This document shows positions 48,391-56,828 of a stretch of DNA of 64,000 bases, piece after piece. Source of the DNA: Sphingomonadales bacterium. GTDB taxonomy: Bacteria; Pseudomonadota; Alphaproteobacteria; Sphingomonadales; Sphingomonadaceae. The first letter of the stretch is position 1. Every line of letters begins with the position of its first letter. The position numbers and the translations under genes are program-made. A model generated the notes under the pieces. That model ran no database searches, was not told the DNA's origin, and worked only from the letters and a program-made list of their open reading frames with translations. Location of the stretch: the NCBI GenBank assembly GCA_028870315.1, contig JAGWPW010000056.1, positions 8,683-72,682 on the forward strand. Reading direction: 5' to 3'.

Positions 48391-49779
48391 ATGAGCCTGT
48401 CGTTGCTGCCCGACAATCCGGGCGCCTGGACCTATCGCACCTGGGCCGACCTGATGGCGATCACGCGCGAGGAGCGCGAGCGGCTGCAACTGGAGGCTGT
48501 GCGCATTTCCTTCGCGCGACTGCGCGGGCGCATTCCGGCGCTGACGAAGCTCGCCGAGCGCCAGGGCGTCGAGCGGATCGATCGAATCGAGGACGTGCTG
48601 CCGGTGTGCTTCGACCATCGCGTGCTCAAGAACTATCCGATCCAGATCATCGAGAACCGCGATTTCGCCAGGCTGACGAGCTGGCTCGACCGGCTTACCG
48701 CGCATGATCTCAGCCGTATCGACCTGACCGGGCTCACTACCATCGAGCAATGGCTGGCGCGGCTCGAAGCCTTCGGCATGCTTGTCACCTATTCGAGCGG
48801 CACCACCGGCAAGCTGTCGTTCGTGCCGCGCTCGCGCGATGAGCTGGGGCCGTGGAAGTTCCATTTCTTCAACGTCAATTACGCGGCGAACGGGGTCGAT
48901 CCCTGGACCACCCGGCTGCCGACCTTCTTTCCCGGCTATCGCGGCGGCTATCAGACGATGCTCAAGATGATGAGCCTGTTCAACGTCGAGATGGCCGGCG
49001 GCGAGGAGCATTACTACACGCTTTACGACAGCCATATCCCCGCCGACCTGATGGCGCTGTCGGGCCGGCTGCAATCGGCCGAGGACCGCGGCGAGCTGCG
49101 CGAGCTGGGGCTCGACCCGGCGCTGCTCGAACAGCGCCAGCGCATGCTCGAACAGGGCCGCCGACGCGAGGCCGACATGGAGGCGTGGTTTTCCAGGCTG
49201 ATCGACGAATTTCGCGGACGGCGGGTAAAGATCGGCGGCACCTTCGCCGATCTTTACCGGGTGGCGCGCGCCGGGCTAGACAAGGGGCTGAGTTGCGCCT
49301 TCGCGCCGGGCTCGATCGTGGCCGGCGGCGGCGGGATGAAGGGCTACAAGGACGCGCCCGACGACTGGGAGGAGCAGGTCAGGCACTTCTTCGGCGTCGA
49401 TCGCCTCGGCAATCAATACGGCTTTTCCGAATGCATCGGCAATGCGCCGCTGTGCGAACACGACTTCTTCCACCTTCCGCCCTATTCGGTGCCGCTGCTG
49501 ATGGATGCGAACGGCGCCGCGCTGCCGCGCGAGGGGGTGCAGAAGGGGCGGCTGGTGCTGGTCGATCCGATCCCGCAAAGCTATTGGGGTGGCTTCACTT
49601 CGGGCGACGAGGTGACGATGCATTGGGAAGAGGATTGCGCCTGCGGCTGGAAAAGCCCGCGCATCGCCAAGACCATCCGCCGCTTCGCCGAGAACGAGGG
49701 CGGCGACGACAAGATCACCTGCGCCGGCAGCCAGGCAGCCTATAATGAATTCATGGCCTTCGTTTCGGGAGAAGGATGA
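48391..49779 (+). CDS. LuxE-like acyl-protein synthetase (ANL superfamily)
   Basis: YSSGTTG ATP loop, GGGMKG, YGFSE, FTSGD, C.CG near the C-terminus. RBS gagga. Confidence 0.72.
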   Translation: MSLSLLPDNPGAWTYRTWADLMAITREERERLQLEAVRISFARLRGRIPALTKLAERQGVERIDRIEDVLPVCFDHRVLKNYPIQIIENRDFARLTSWLDRLTAHDLSRIDLTGLTTIEQWLARLEAFGMLVTYSSGTTGKLSFVPRSRDELGPWKFHFFNVNYAANGVDPWTTRLPTFFPGYRGGYQTMLKMMSLFNVEMAGGEEHYYTLYDSHIPADLMALSGRLQSAEDRGELRELGLDPALLEQRQRMLEQGRRREADMEAWFSRLIDEFRGRRVKIGGTFADLYRVARAGLDKGLSCAFAPGSIVAGGGGMKGYKDAPDDWEEQVRHFFGVDRLGNQYGFSECIGNAPLCEHDFFHLPPYSVPLLMDANGAALPREGVQKGRLVLVDPIPQSYWGGFTSGDEVTMHWEEDCACGWKSPRIAKTIRRFAENEGGDDKITCAGSQAAYNEFMAFVSGEG

Positions 49780-51257
49780 TGGACACCGCGCTCGACATCC
49801 CGATCATCGCCCGCGGCCGGATCATCATGCCGGGCGAGCATGGTGTCATCTACAAGGGGCGCGGCGGCGCCGATTTCCGCCAGGCCGATCCGCATCGCCA
49901 TATCCATGACCTCGTGCTCGGCGATCCGACCCGGCTGCGCGATCTCCACGAGACGCCGATCGCCGAGGTGATCGAACTGCTCGCCGAACTCGGCGGCCGG
50001 TTGCATCTCGACGACAATGCGCTGCTTCAGGAAAGCTTTGCGCTGGCGCTGGCGGCGGGCGGGCTGGCCGAGCCGATCCTGCGCGGCGTCTATGATGGCT
50101 TGCCCGCGATGTTCGAACGTGAGGCGATGCGCGCACTGGCCGACCGGACGATCGGGCTTGCCTGTCTCGACGGCTGGGTGCCCGCGCCCGCCCCGCACGA
50201 AAGCGTGAGCCTGCGCGCGGTCGGCACGCGCCAGCTCCATATCACCGCGGGCAATGTGCCGGTGGTTGCCGCGCTGACCGTGATCCGCGCCGGGCTCACC
50301 AAATCCGACATTCTCATCAAGAGCCCGTCGAACGATCCGCTTACCGCCAATGCCATCGCGCGCACGCTGATCGGGCTCGCGCCCGAGCATCCGCTGACCC
50401 GGCACATCGCGGTCGCCTACTGGAAAGGCGGCGATGAATTGATGGATTCGCAGATCGTCCGCATCGGCCGCATCGACAAGATCACCGCCTGGGGCGGGAT
50501 GAGCTCGGTGCGCCATATCCAGAAATTCCTCACTCCCGGGATCGATCTCACCGCGCTCCACCCGAAATATTCCTTCTCGCTGATCGGCCGCGACACCTTC
50601 GCCAGCGAGGAGGCGATCGCGGAGGCGGCGATCGGGCTGGCGACACTCGCCGGCTTCTACAACCAGACCGCCTGCGCCAACACCCGCATCGTCTATGTCG
50701 AAAGCGGCACCGACGAGGCGGCGCTGGAGCGGGTGATCGCGCTCGGCCGCCGGATGCTGCGCGGCTTTGCCGATCTGCCACCGCTGCTGTCGGTGCCGTT
50801 CGCGAGCCCCAACCGCGAGCTTGAAGCCGAACTCGCGGCGATCGCGCTCGAAGAGGATTTCTATCACGTCGAAGGCGATACCTGCGCCGGCGGCTTCATC
50901 GTCTCGAAGTTCAACGGCCGCGTCGAATTCCATGACAAGCTCGCCAACCGGGTGGTCAATTTCGTTCCCGTCGATGACCTTGCCGATGCGCTGCGCTGGT
51001 GCGACGACACCAGCCAGACGGTGGGCATCTATCCCGAAAGCGACCGCGCACGGCTGCGCGATGCCTTCGCGCTTGCAGGCGTGCAGCGGCTCGTCCCGCT
51101 CGCCGGCGGCGATGCGCTGACGGTCTATGCGAATGCGCATCACATGCCGCCCGGATCGCCGCATGACGGGATCGAGCCGATGCGCCGGGCGATGCGCTGG
51201 GTGATCGACATGCGCCCGCCCGCGCATCACGCCGCGCTCAGCATCGCGGCGGAGTGA
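49776..51257 (+). CDS. LuxC-like acyl-CoA / acyl-protein reductase
   Basis: HITAGNVP, IKSPSNDP, YWKGGD, AWGG, NQTAC (catalytic Cys region), HDG..P.R. Confidence 0.85.
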   Translation: MMDTALDIPIIARGRIIMPGEHGVIYKGRGGADFRQADPHRHIHDLVLGDPTRLRDLHETPIAEVIELLAELGGRLHLDDNALLQESFALALAAGGLAEPILRGVYDGLPAMFEREAMRALADRTIGLACLDGWVPAPAPHESVSLRAVGTRQLHITAGNVPVVAALTVIRAGLTKSDILIKSPSNDPLTANAIARTLIGLAPEHPLTRHIAVAYWKGGDELMDSQIVRIGRIDKITAWGGMSSVRHIQKFLTPGIDLTALHPKYSFSLIGRDTFASEEAIAEAAIGLATLAGFYNQTACANTRIVYVESGTDEAALERVIALGRRMLRGFADLPPLLSVPFASPNRELEAELAAIALEEDFYHVEGDTCAGGFIVSKFNGRVEFHDKLANRVVNFVPVDDLADALRWCDDTSQTVGIYPESDRARLRDAFALAGVQRLVPLAGGDALTVYANAHHMPPGSPHDGIEPMRRAMRWVIDMRPPAHHAALSIAAE

Positions 51258-51266
51258 GCGCGGGGG

Positions 51267-52199
51267 GTGGACACCGCGCAGCTGCGGGCCTTCGTCAAGA
51301 TCGCCGAGGCGGGCTCGATCAGCCGCGCGGCGGTCTCGCTCGGCATCGCGCAGCCCTCGCTCAGCCAGCAATTGCTGCGGCTGGAGGACGAAATCGGCAT
51401 GCGGCTGTTCGACCGCACCCGCCGCGGCGTCACCCTGACCGAGGGCGGGACGGTGTTTCTCGAACACGCGCGCCATCTTCTCCATGCAACCGAGCTGGCG
51501 ATCGCCGAGACCCGCCACGCGCGCGGCGAGGTGCGCGGCCGGGTGGTGCTGGCGATGCCGCCATCGCTCGTCCGGCTGGTCGGCGCGGCGCTGCTCGATG
51601 CGATCGCCCGCGATACGCCAGGGGTGGGCTTGCGGCTGGTCGAAGCCTGGTCGGGAAGCATTCGCGGCTGGATCGAGGCGGAAAAGATCGACCTCGGCGT
51701 GATCTATAATACCGGCCCGCTGCCGCAATTGCTGGCACGCCCGCTGATGAGCGACGCGCTGGTCGTCGCCCGCCCGCCCGGCGACGGCGCGCAAGCCCTC
51801 GCCTTTGCCGCGCTTGCCAGGGCGCGCCTGATCGCTCCGGGGCCGCAGCACGGGCTGCGCCAGCTGCTCGACCAAGCGGCGGCGCGCGCGGGGGTCGCGC
51901 TGGCGATCGTCGAGGAAATCGATTCGCTTGACGTCACCTTCGAACGCGTCAGCCAGGGTGCGGGGCTCGCGGTGCTGCCGCAGGGCATCGCCGAAGCCGC
52001 GGCCGCTGCGGGCCTGGTCGCGCTTGCGGCGCTCGAAGAGCCCGGATTGCAACGCAGGCTGATGGTGATCCGCAATCCGGGGCATGTGCTGACCCATGCC
52101 TCGGTGTCGGTCGAAAAGGCGTTGCGCAAGGTTCTGGCGCAGGCGATCGCGCGCGGCGGCTGGCCGGCAAGCATGGAGGGTCCAGGCGATGGCGAATGA
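51267..52199 (+). CDS. LysR-family regulator (Nac/TcuR-like)
   Basis: QLRAFVKIAEAGSISRAA..L.IAQPSLSQQ...LE, LFDRT.RGV.LT. Confidence 0.93.
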   Translation: MDTAQLRAFVKIAEAGSISRAAVSLGIAQPSLSQQLLRLEDEIGMRLFDRTRRGVTLTEGGTVFLEHARHLLHATELAIAETRHARGEVRGRVVLAMPPSLVRLVGAALLDAIARDTPGVGLRLVEAWSGSIRGWIEAEKIDLGVIYNTGPLPQLLARPLMSDALVVARPPGDGAQALAFAALARARLIAPGPQHGLRQLLDQAAARAGVALAIVEEIDSLDVTFERVSQGAGLAVLPQGIAEAAAAAGLVALAALEEPGLQRRLMVIRNPGHVLTHASVSVEKALRKVLAQAIARGGWPASMEGPGDGE

Positions 52200-52941
52200 A
52201 GGCATGGCGCTTGCCGGCAGGGTCGCGCTGGTCACGGGCGCCGGGCGCGGCATCGGCCGGGCGATCGCGCTGCGGCTGGCGCGCGACGGCGCGCGTCTCA
52301 TCGTCCATCACAGCGCGAGCGCGGCGGGCGCCGCCGAAAGCTGCGCGATGATCGCCGATGCCGGCGGCGAGGCGATCGCGCTGCGCGCCGACATCGCCCG
52401 GCGCGAAGACGTAAAGGCGATGTTCGCGGCGATCGACCACGGCTTCGGCCGGCTCGACATCGTCGTCAACAGTGCCGGAGTCAGCGCGGGCGGCCCGCTC
52501 GAACAGGTCGAGGAAGACCAGCTCGAATGGCTGCTCGGGGTCAATCTGCGCGGGCCGCTGTTCGTGGCGAGCGAGGCGGCGCGGCGCCTTGGCGAAGGCG
52601 GGCGGATCATCAATCTTTCCTCTAGCCTCGCCAAATTCCCGATCGCCGGATCGGGAATCTATTCGGCGACCAAGGCCGCGCTCGAAAGCTTCACCGAAAG
52701 CTGGGCGAAGGAGCTGGGCGCGCGCGGCATCACCGTCAACACCGTCATCCCGGGCGCGACCGCACCGGGCATGGCCGAGCGCACGCTCGCCCAATGGCGC
52801 GCGATATTCGAGAAAGCCTCGCCCTTCGGCCGCATCGGCACCGCCGTCGAGATCGCCGAGGTGGTCGCCTTTCTCGCCTCGCCGGCGGCAAGCTGGGTTT
52901 CGGGCGCGCATATCCTGGCGAATGGTGCAGCGAACGCCTGA
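52189..52941 (+). CDS. Short-chain dehydrogenase/reductase
   Basis: TGAGRGIG, NSAG, YSATK. Confidence 0.93.
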   Translation: MANEGMALAGRVALVTGAGRGIGRAIALRLARDGARLIVHHSASAAGAAESCAMIADAGGEAIALRADIARREDVKAMFAAIDHGFGRLDIVVNSAGVSAGGPLEQVEEDQLEWLLGVNLRGPLFVASEAARRLGEGGRIINLSSSLAKFPIAGSGIYSATKAALESFTESWAKELGARGITVNTVIPGATAPGMAERTLAQWRAIFEKASPFGRIGTAVEIAEVVAFLASPAASWVSGAHILANGAANA

Positions 52942-53171
52942 GAGCCCGCTTCAAAGCGCGCGAAACGCCGTCTTGCGCCACCGTTCATGCGCGAACCGCG
53001 GCAGCACCGCTGCCTGGCGATGCCGACGCGTTGGCAAGCCATGGGCCGTGGCACCGGGCGTCTATGGATGTTATGACGGCAACCTCGGGCCGACGCGGGC
53101 GCCCGATCAGCTGGTCCTGATCAGCCAAGACCCGCTCCACCTTGCGAAAGCAGGTCGCGGAGCGTTGTCTG

Positions 53172-54851
53172 ATGTCCTGGAACCCATTTTCCGTTGCCCG
53201 CAAGCGCTGGCTCCTTGCCGGTGCCACCGGCCTGTTGGTCCTTGCGCTGCTGGGCTTTCAATGGATTGTGCCAGGGCTTTCGGTCGCGCGGCACGAGCCA
53301 CCCCGCATCGAGGTGGTGGCGGCGACCTGGCTGCTGCACCACAGTGTCCCCGCCTCGGCCAGGGCCAGGGCAAACCCGCTGGGCGCGCACCCCGATCCGG
53401 CGGCGGTTGCCGCCGGGCACGATCTATTCGTGCAAAAATGCGCAACCTGCCATGCCTATGACGGCGGCGGAAAAACCGAAATGGGCGCGGGCGAATATCC
53501 ACGGCCACCGGCCCTGCGCGCCCTGCTTCCCGCAATCAGCGACGGCGAGATTTTTTACCATATCCGCAATGGCATTCGCAACACCGCCATGCCCGCATGG
53601 AACATGCCGGACGACCAGATCTGGCGCCTGGTTGCCTATCTGCGCTCGCTGCCGCTTGTCGTTCCGCAGTTGCCTGGCGCAATCGCGCCGCAGCAGGAAG
53701 CGGCGGTCCGCGAGGCCCATTATGTTGGCTCGGCAAGCTGCCGGCCCTGCCATCAGGAGATCTATGCGCGCTGGGCCAGGACGCGGATGGCCAATGTAGT
53801 GCGCGACCCGCGGACGCACCCCGACGCCATCATTCCCGACTTCTCGAAGCCCGATGCGCTGGTGAAATTCAAGGTTGGCGACATCGCGCTGGTCTATGGC
53901 AGTCACTGGAAGCAGCGGTATTTCAGGAAATCCGGCGACAGCTATACGCCGTTTCCGGTCCAGTGGGACATCACCAGCAAAAAATGGCTCCCCTATCATG
54001 TTCCCGACAAGGGCGGCGACTGGTGGGCCAAATTCTATCCCGATACGGGCGATAATTCGAACCGCCCCACCGGCCCGCTTTGCGATGGCTGCCATTCGGT
54101 GAACTACAACATTGCCACAGGGGCGGTCGCCGAGTGGAATGTCGGATGCGAAATGTGTCACGGCGCGGGCAGCGCGCATGTCGCCAATCCGGCGATGGTC
54201 AACATCCTCAACCCGGCGCGACAAGGCTATGTGAAGGCGAACGACACCTGCATCCAGTGTCATTCGCAGGGACGGCCGCTCAAAAACCCGATCGCGGGAA
54301 AATATTACGACTGGCCGGTGGGTTACCATGCAGGGCTGAAACTGCAGGATTTCTGGAAGCTGGAGGATCACAAGCCTGGCGAGGTAAGTTTCACCCATTT
54401 CCCGGACGGCACGGCCCACAAGAATCGCATGCAAGGCAATGATTTCGTGCAGAGCCTCATGTATACCCGAGGAGTAACCTGCTTCAGTTGCCACGACCCG
54501 CATGGCAGCAGCAATGAGGCGATGCTGCGCAAGCCAGTGACCGAAATCTGCCTGTCATGCCACGGCCCCAACACGCAAAACGGGCCGCACACCGATACGA
54601 TCGCGGCCCATACGCATCATCTGCCGGGCAGCCCGGGCAGCCAATGCGTCGCCTGCCATATGCCGAAGATCGCCCAGACGCTGGGCAAGGTGAACGTAGC
54701 CAGCCATACGTTCCGTTTCGTCATGCCGGCGCAGACCGAGAAGCTGGGCATCCCGAATGCCTGCAATGTCTGTCATGCCGACAAGAGCCCGGCCTGGGCT
54801 ACCACCGCGATCAAGGGATGGGCGGATCGGTCCCCGTGGCGCGCGGATTAG
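53172..54851 (+). CDS. Membrane-anchored multiheme cytochrome c, 9 CxxCH motifs
   Basis: N-terminal TM. CATCH with distal AMPAW in a monoheme domain, then CRPCH, CDGCH, CEMCH, CIQCH, CFSCH, CLSCH, CVACH and CNVCH. Confidence 0.9.
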   Translation: MSWNPFSVARKRWLLAGATGLLVLALLGFQWIVPGLSVARHEPPRIEVVAATWLLHHSVPASARARANPLGAHPDPAAVAAGHDLFVQKCATCHAYDGGGKTEMGAGEYPRPPALRALLPAISDGEIFYHIRNGIRNTAMPAWNMPDDQIWRLVAYLRSLPLVVPQLPGAIAPQQEAAVREAHYVGSASCRPCHQEIYARWARTRMANVVRDPRTHPDAIIPDFSKPDALVKFKVGDIALVYGSHWKQRYFRKSGDSYTPFPVQWDITSKKWLPYHVPDKGGDWWAKFYPDTGDNSNRPTGPLCDGCHSVNYNIATGAVAEWNVGCEMCHGAGSAHVANPAMVNILNPARQGYVKANDTCIQCHSQGRPLKNPIAGKYYDWPVGYHAGLKLQDFWKLEDHKPGEVSFTHFPDGTAHKNRMQGNDFVQSLMYTRGVTCFSCHDPHGSSNEAMLRKPVTEICLSCHGPNTQNGPHTDTIAAHTHHLPGSPGSQCVACHMPKIAQTLGKVNVASHTFRFVMPAQTEKLGIPNACNVCHADKSPAWATTAIKGWADRSPWRAD

Positions 54852-55008
54852 ACTGTCGCGACATTTTGGAGCGATTTCCGCTCAGGCTGGCACGAGCGCA
54901 AGAGCAGCGCTGAAGCGCCGCCACGGCAAGGCGTCCGGAAACCGGCGCCCGTCGTTGCGCGGCCGGCGCCCGCCCTTGCGCCCACCAGGCAAAACCTCGC
55001 GCAGCCGT

Positions 55009-56799
55009 TCAGAAATCCTCGGCGGCGAGCGCCATCATCGAGCCCTTGCCCGCCTTGATCGCCCCGAACGCCGCCGACACCTGCGGCAGCAGCCGATCGA
55101 AGAAGAAGCGCGCGGTGACGAGCTTCGCCCTGTAGAAGCCCGGCTCGGCGCTGCCGGCGGCAATGCGGTCGCGGGCGACGAACGCTGCCTTGGCAAAGCA
55201 GAAGCCGATCGCCACCAGCCCCAGCAGGCGCGTGTAATCGGTCGCGGCGGCGGCGGCCTCCTCGGGATCGGCCATGCCCTTCTCGGCGATCGTCGCGGTG
55301 GCGAGTTGCAGCGCGCCGAACGCCTTTTCCAACCCCTCGACCAGCTTGCCGAGTTCGGCATCGCCCTTCCTTTCTGCGATGAAACCGCTCACCGGGTGGA
55401 AGAAACTGCGCAGATAGCGCCCCATGTGCGCGGGCAGCTTGCGTCCGACGAGATCGAGCGCCTGGATACCGTTGGTGCCTTCATAGATCATCGCGATCCG
55501 CGCATCGCGGACATATTGCTCGACCCCGCTTTCGGCGATGTAGCCATGCCCGCCATAGACCTGCACCGCGAGATTGGCGGTCTCGAAGCCGAGGTCGGTG
55601 AACACCGCCTTCACCACCGGGGTCATCAACGCGACGAAATCGGCGGCGCGCTGCTTCACCTCGGGGTCCGCGGCATGTTTTTCGGCATCGAGCGCGCGGC
55701 TGACCCAGCCGCAGAGCGCGCGGCAGCCCTCGTTCCAGGCGCGCATCGTCATCAGCATCCGCCGCACATCGGGGTGGACGATGATCGGATCGGCCGGGCC
55801 GGTCGGGTTCTTCGTTCCCGAGAGCGCGCGGCCCTGCAACCGCTCCTTCGCATACCACACCGCCGACTGATAGGCGGCCTCGCCGATGCCCAGCCCCTGC
55901 ACGCCCACCGAGACGCGCTCGGTGTTCATCATGGTGAACATCGCCTCCATCCCCTTGTGGGGCGCGCCGATCAGCCAGCCGGTCGAATCCTCGAAATTGA
56001 GCTGGCAGGTCGCCGAGCCCTTCAGCCCCATCTTGTGCTCGATCGCGCCGACCGAAACCCCGTTCGACGGCCCCGGCGTGCCGTCGTCATTCGGCAGGAA
56101 TTTGGGGACGAGGAACAGGCTGATCCCCTTCACCCCCGGCGGCGCATCGGGCATCCGCGCCAGCACGAGATGAATGATGTTCGCGGTCAGGTCATGCTCG
56201 CCCGCCGAGATGAAGATCTTGCCGCCGGTCAGCCTGTAGCTGCCATCCGCCTGCGGCACCGCGCGGGTGCGCAGCAGCCCCAGGTCGGTGCCGCAATGCG
56301 CCTCGGTCAGGCACATCGTCCCCGACCATTCGCCCGACACCAGCCGTGGCAGGTAGCGCTGCTTCAGCGCGTCGCTGCCATGGCTTTCGAGTGCCGTCGT
56401 CGCGCCATGCGTCAGCCCGGGATACAGGCTGAACGACACATTGGCGGCAACGATCATCTCCTCGGTGAGCTTGTTGACGCTTTCGGGCAATCCCTGCCCG
56501 CCCCACTCCGGCGCCGAGGCGAGCGCACACCAGCCCCCCTCGCGGAACCGGTCATAGGCCTGTTTGAACCCCTTGGGGGTGCGCACCACCCCGTTCTCCA
56601 GCGTGCAGCCCTCGATGTCGCCGCTGTGGTTGAGCGGCAGCAGCACCTCCTGCGCGACCTTCGCCGCCTCATCGAGCACCGCATCGATGAGATCGGGGGT
56701 GAATTCGGCAAGCGCCGGCAGATCGCCGAAGCCATCGTCGGCATGAAGCTCATGCGCGACGAATTTCATGTCACGCAAGGGGGCTTGATAGACTTGCAT
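55009..56799 (-). CDS. Acyl-CoA dehydrogenase (about 600-aa type)
   Basis: GTMCLTE..CGTDLG, G.KIFIS.GE, EHKMG..GSAT, IYEGTNGIQALDL. Confidence 0.95.
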   Translation of the reverse strand: MQVYQAPLRDMKFVAHELHADDGFGDLPALAEFTPDLIDAVLDEAAKVAQEVLLPLNHSGDIEGCTLENGVVRTPKGFKQAYDRFREGGWCALASAPEWGGQGLPESVNKLTEEMIVAANVSFSLYPGLTHGATTALESHGSDALKQRYLPRLVSGEWSGTMCLTEAHCGTDLGLLRTRAVPQADGSYRLTGGKIFISAGEHDLTANIIHLVLARMPDAPPGVKGISLFLVPKFLPNDDGTPGPSNGVSVGAIEHKMGLKGSATCQLNFEDSTGWLIGAPHKGMEAMFTMMNTERVSVGVQGLGIGEAAYQSAVWYAKERLQGRALSGTKNPTGPADPIIVHPDVRRMLMTMRAWNEGCRALCGWVSRALDAEKHAADPEVKQRAADFVALMTPVVKAVFTDLGFETANLAVQVYGGHGYIAESGVEQYVRDARIAMIYEGTNGIQALDLVGRKLPAHMGRYLRSFFHPVSGFIAERKGDAELGKLVEGLEKAFGALQLATATIAEKGMADPEEAAAAATDYTRLLGLVAIGFCFAKAAFVARDRIAAGSAEPGFYRAKLVTARFFFDRLLPQVSAAFGAIKAGKGSMMALAAEDF

Positions 56800-56828
56800 T
56801 GCTGGCGCTCCTCTGGCGGCTTCGCCGT

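Noticed and set aside
48391-51257. Bioluminescence (lux) operon
   Set aside because: There is no luxA, luxB, luxD or luxG in the window, and the proteins are divergent from canonical Lux enzymes.
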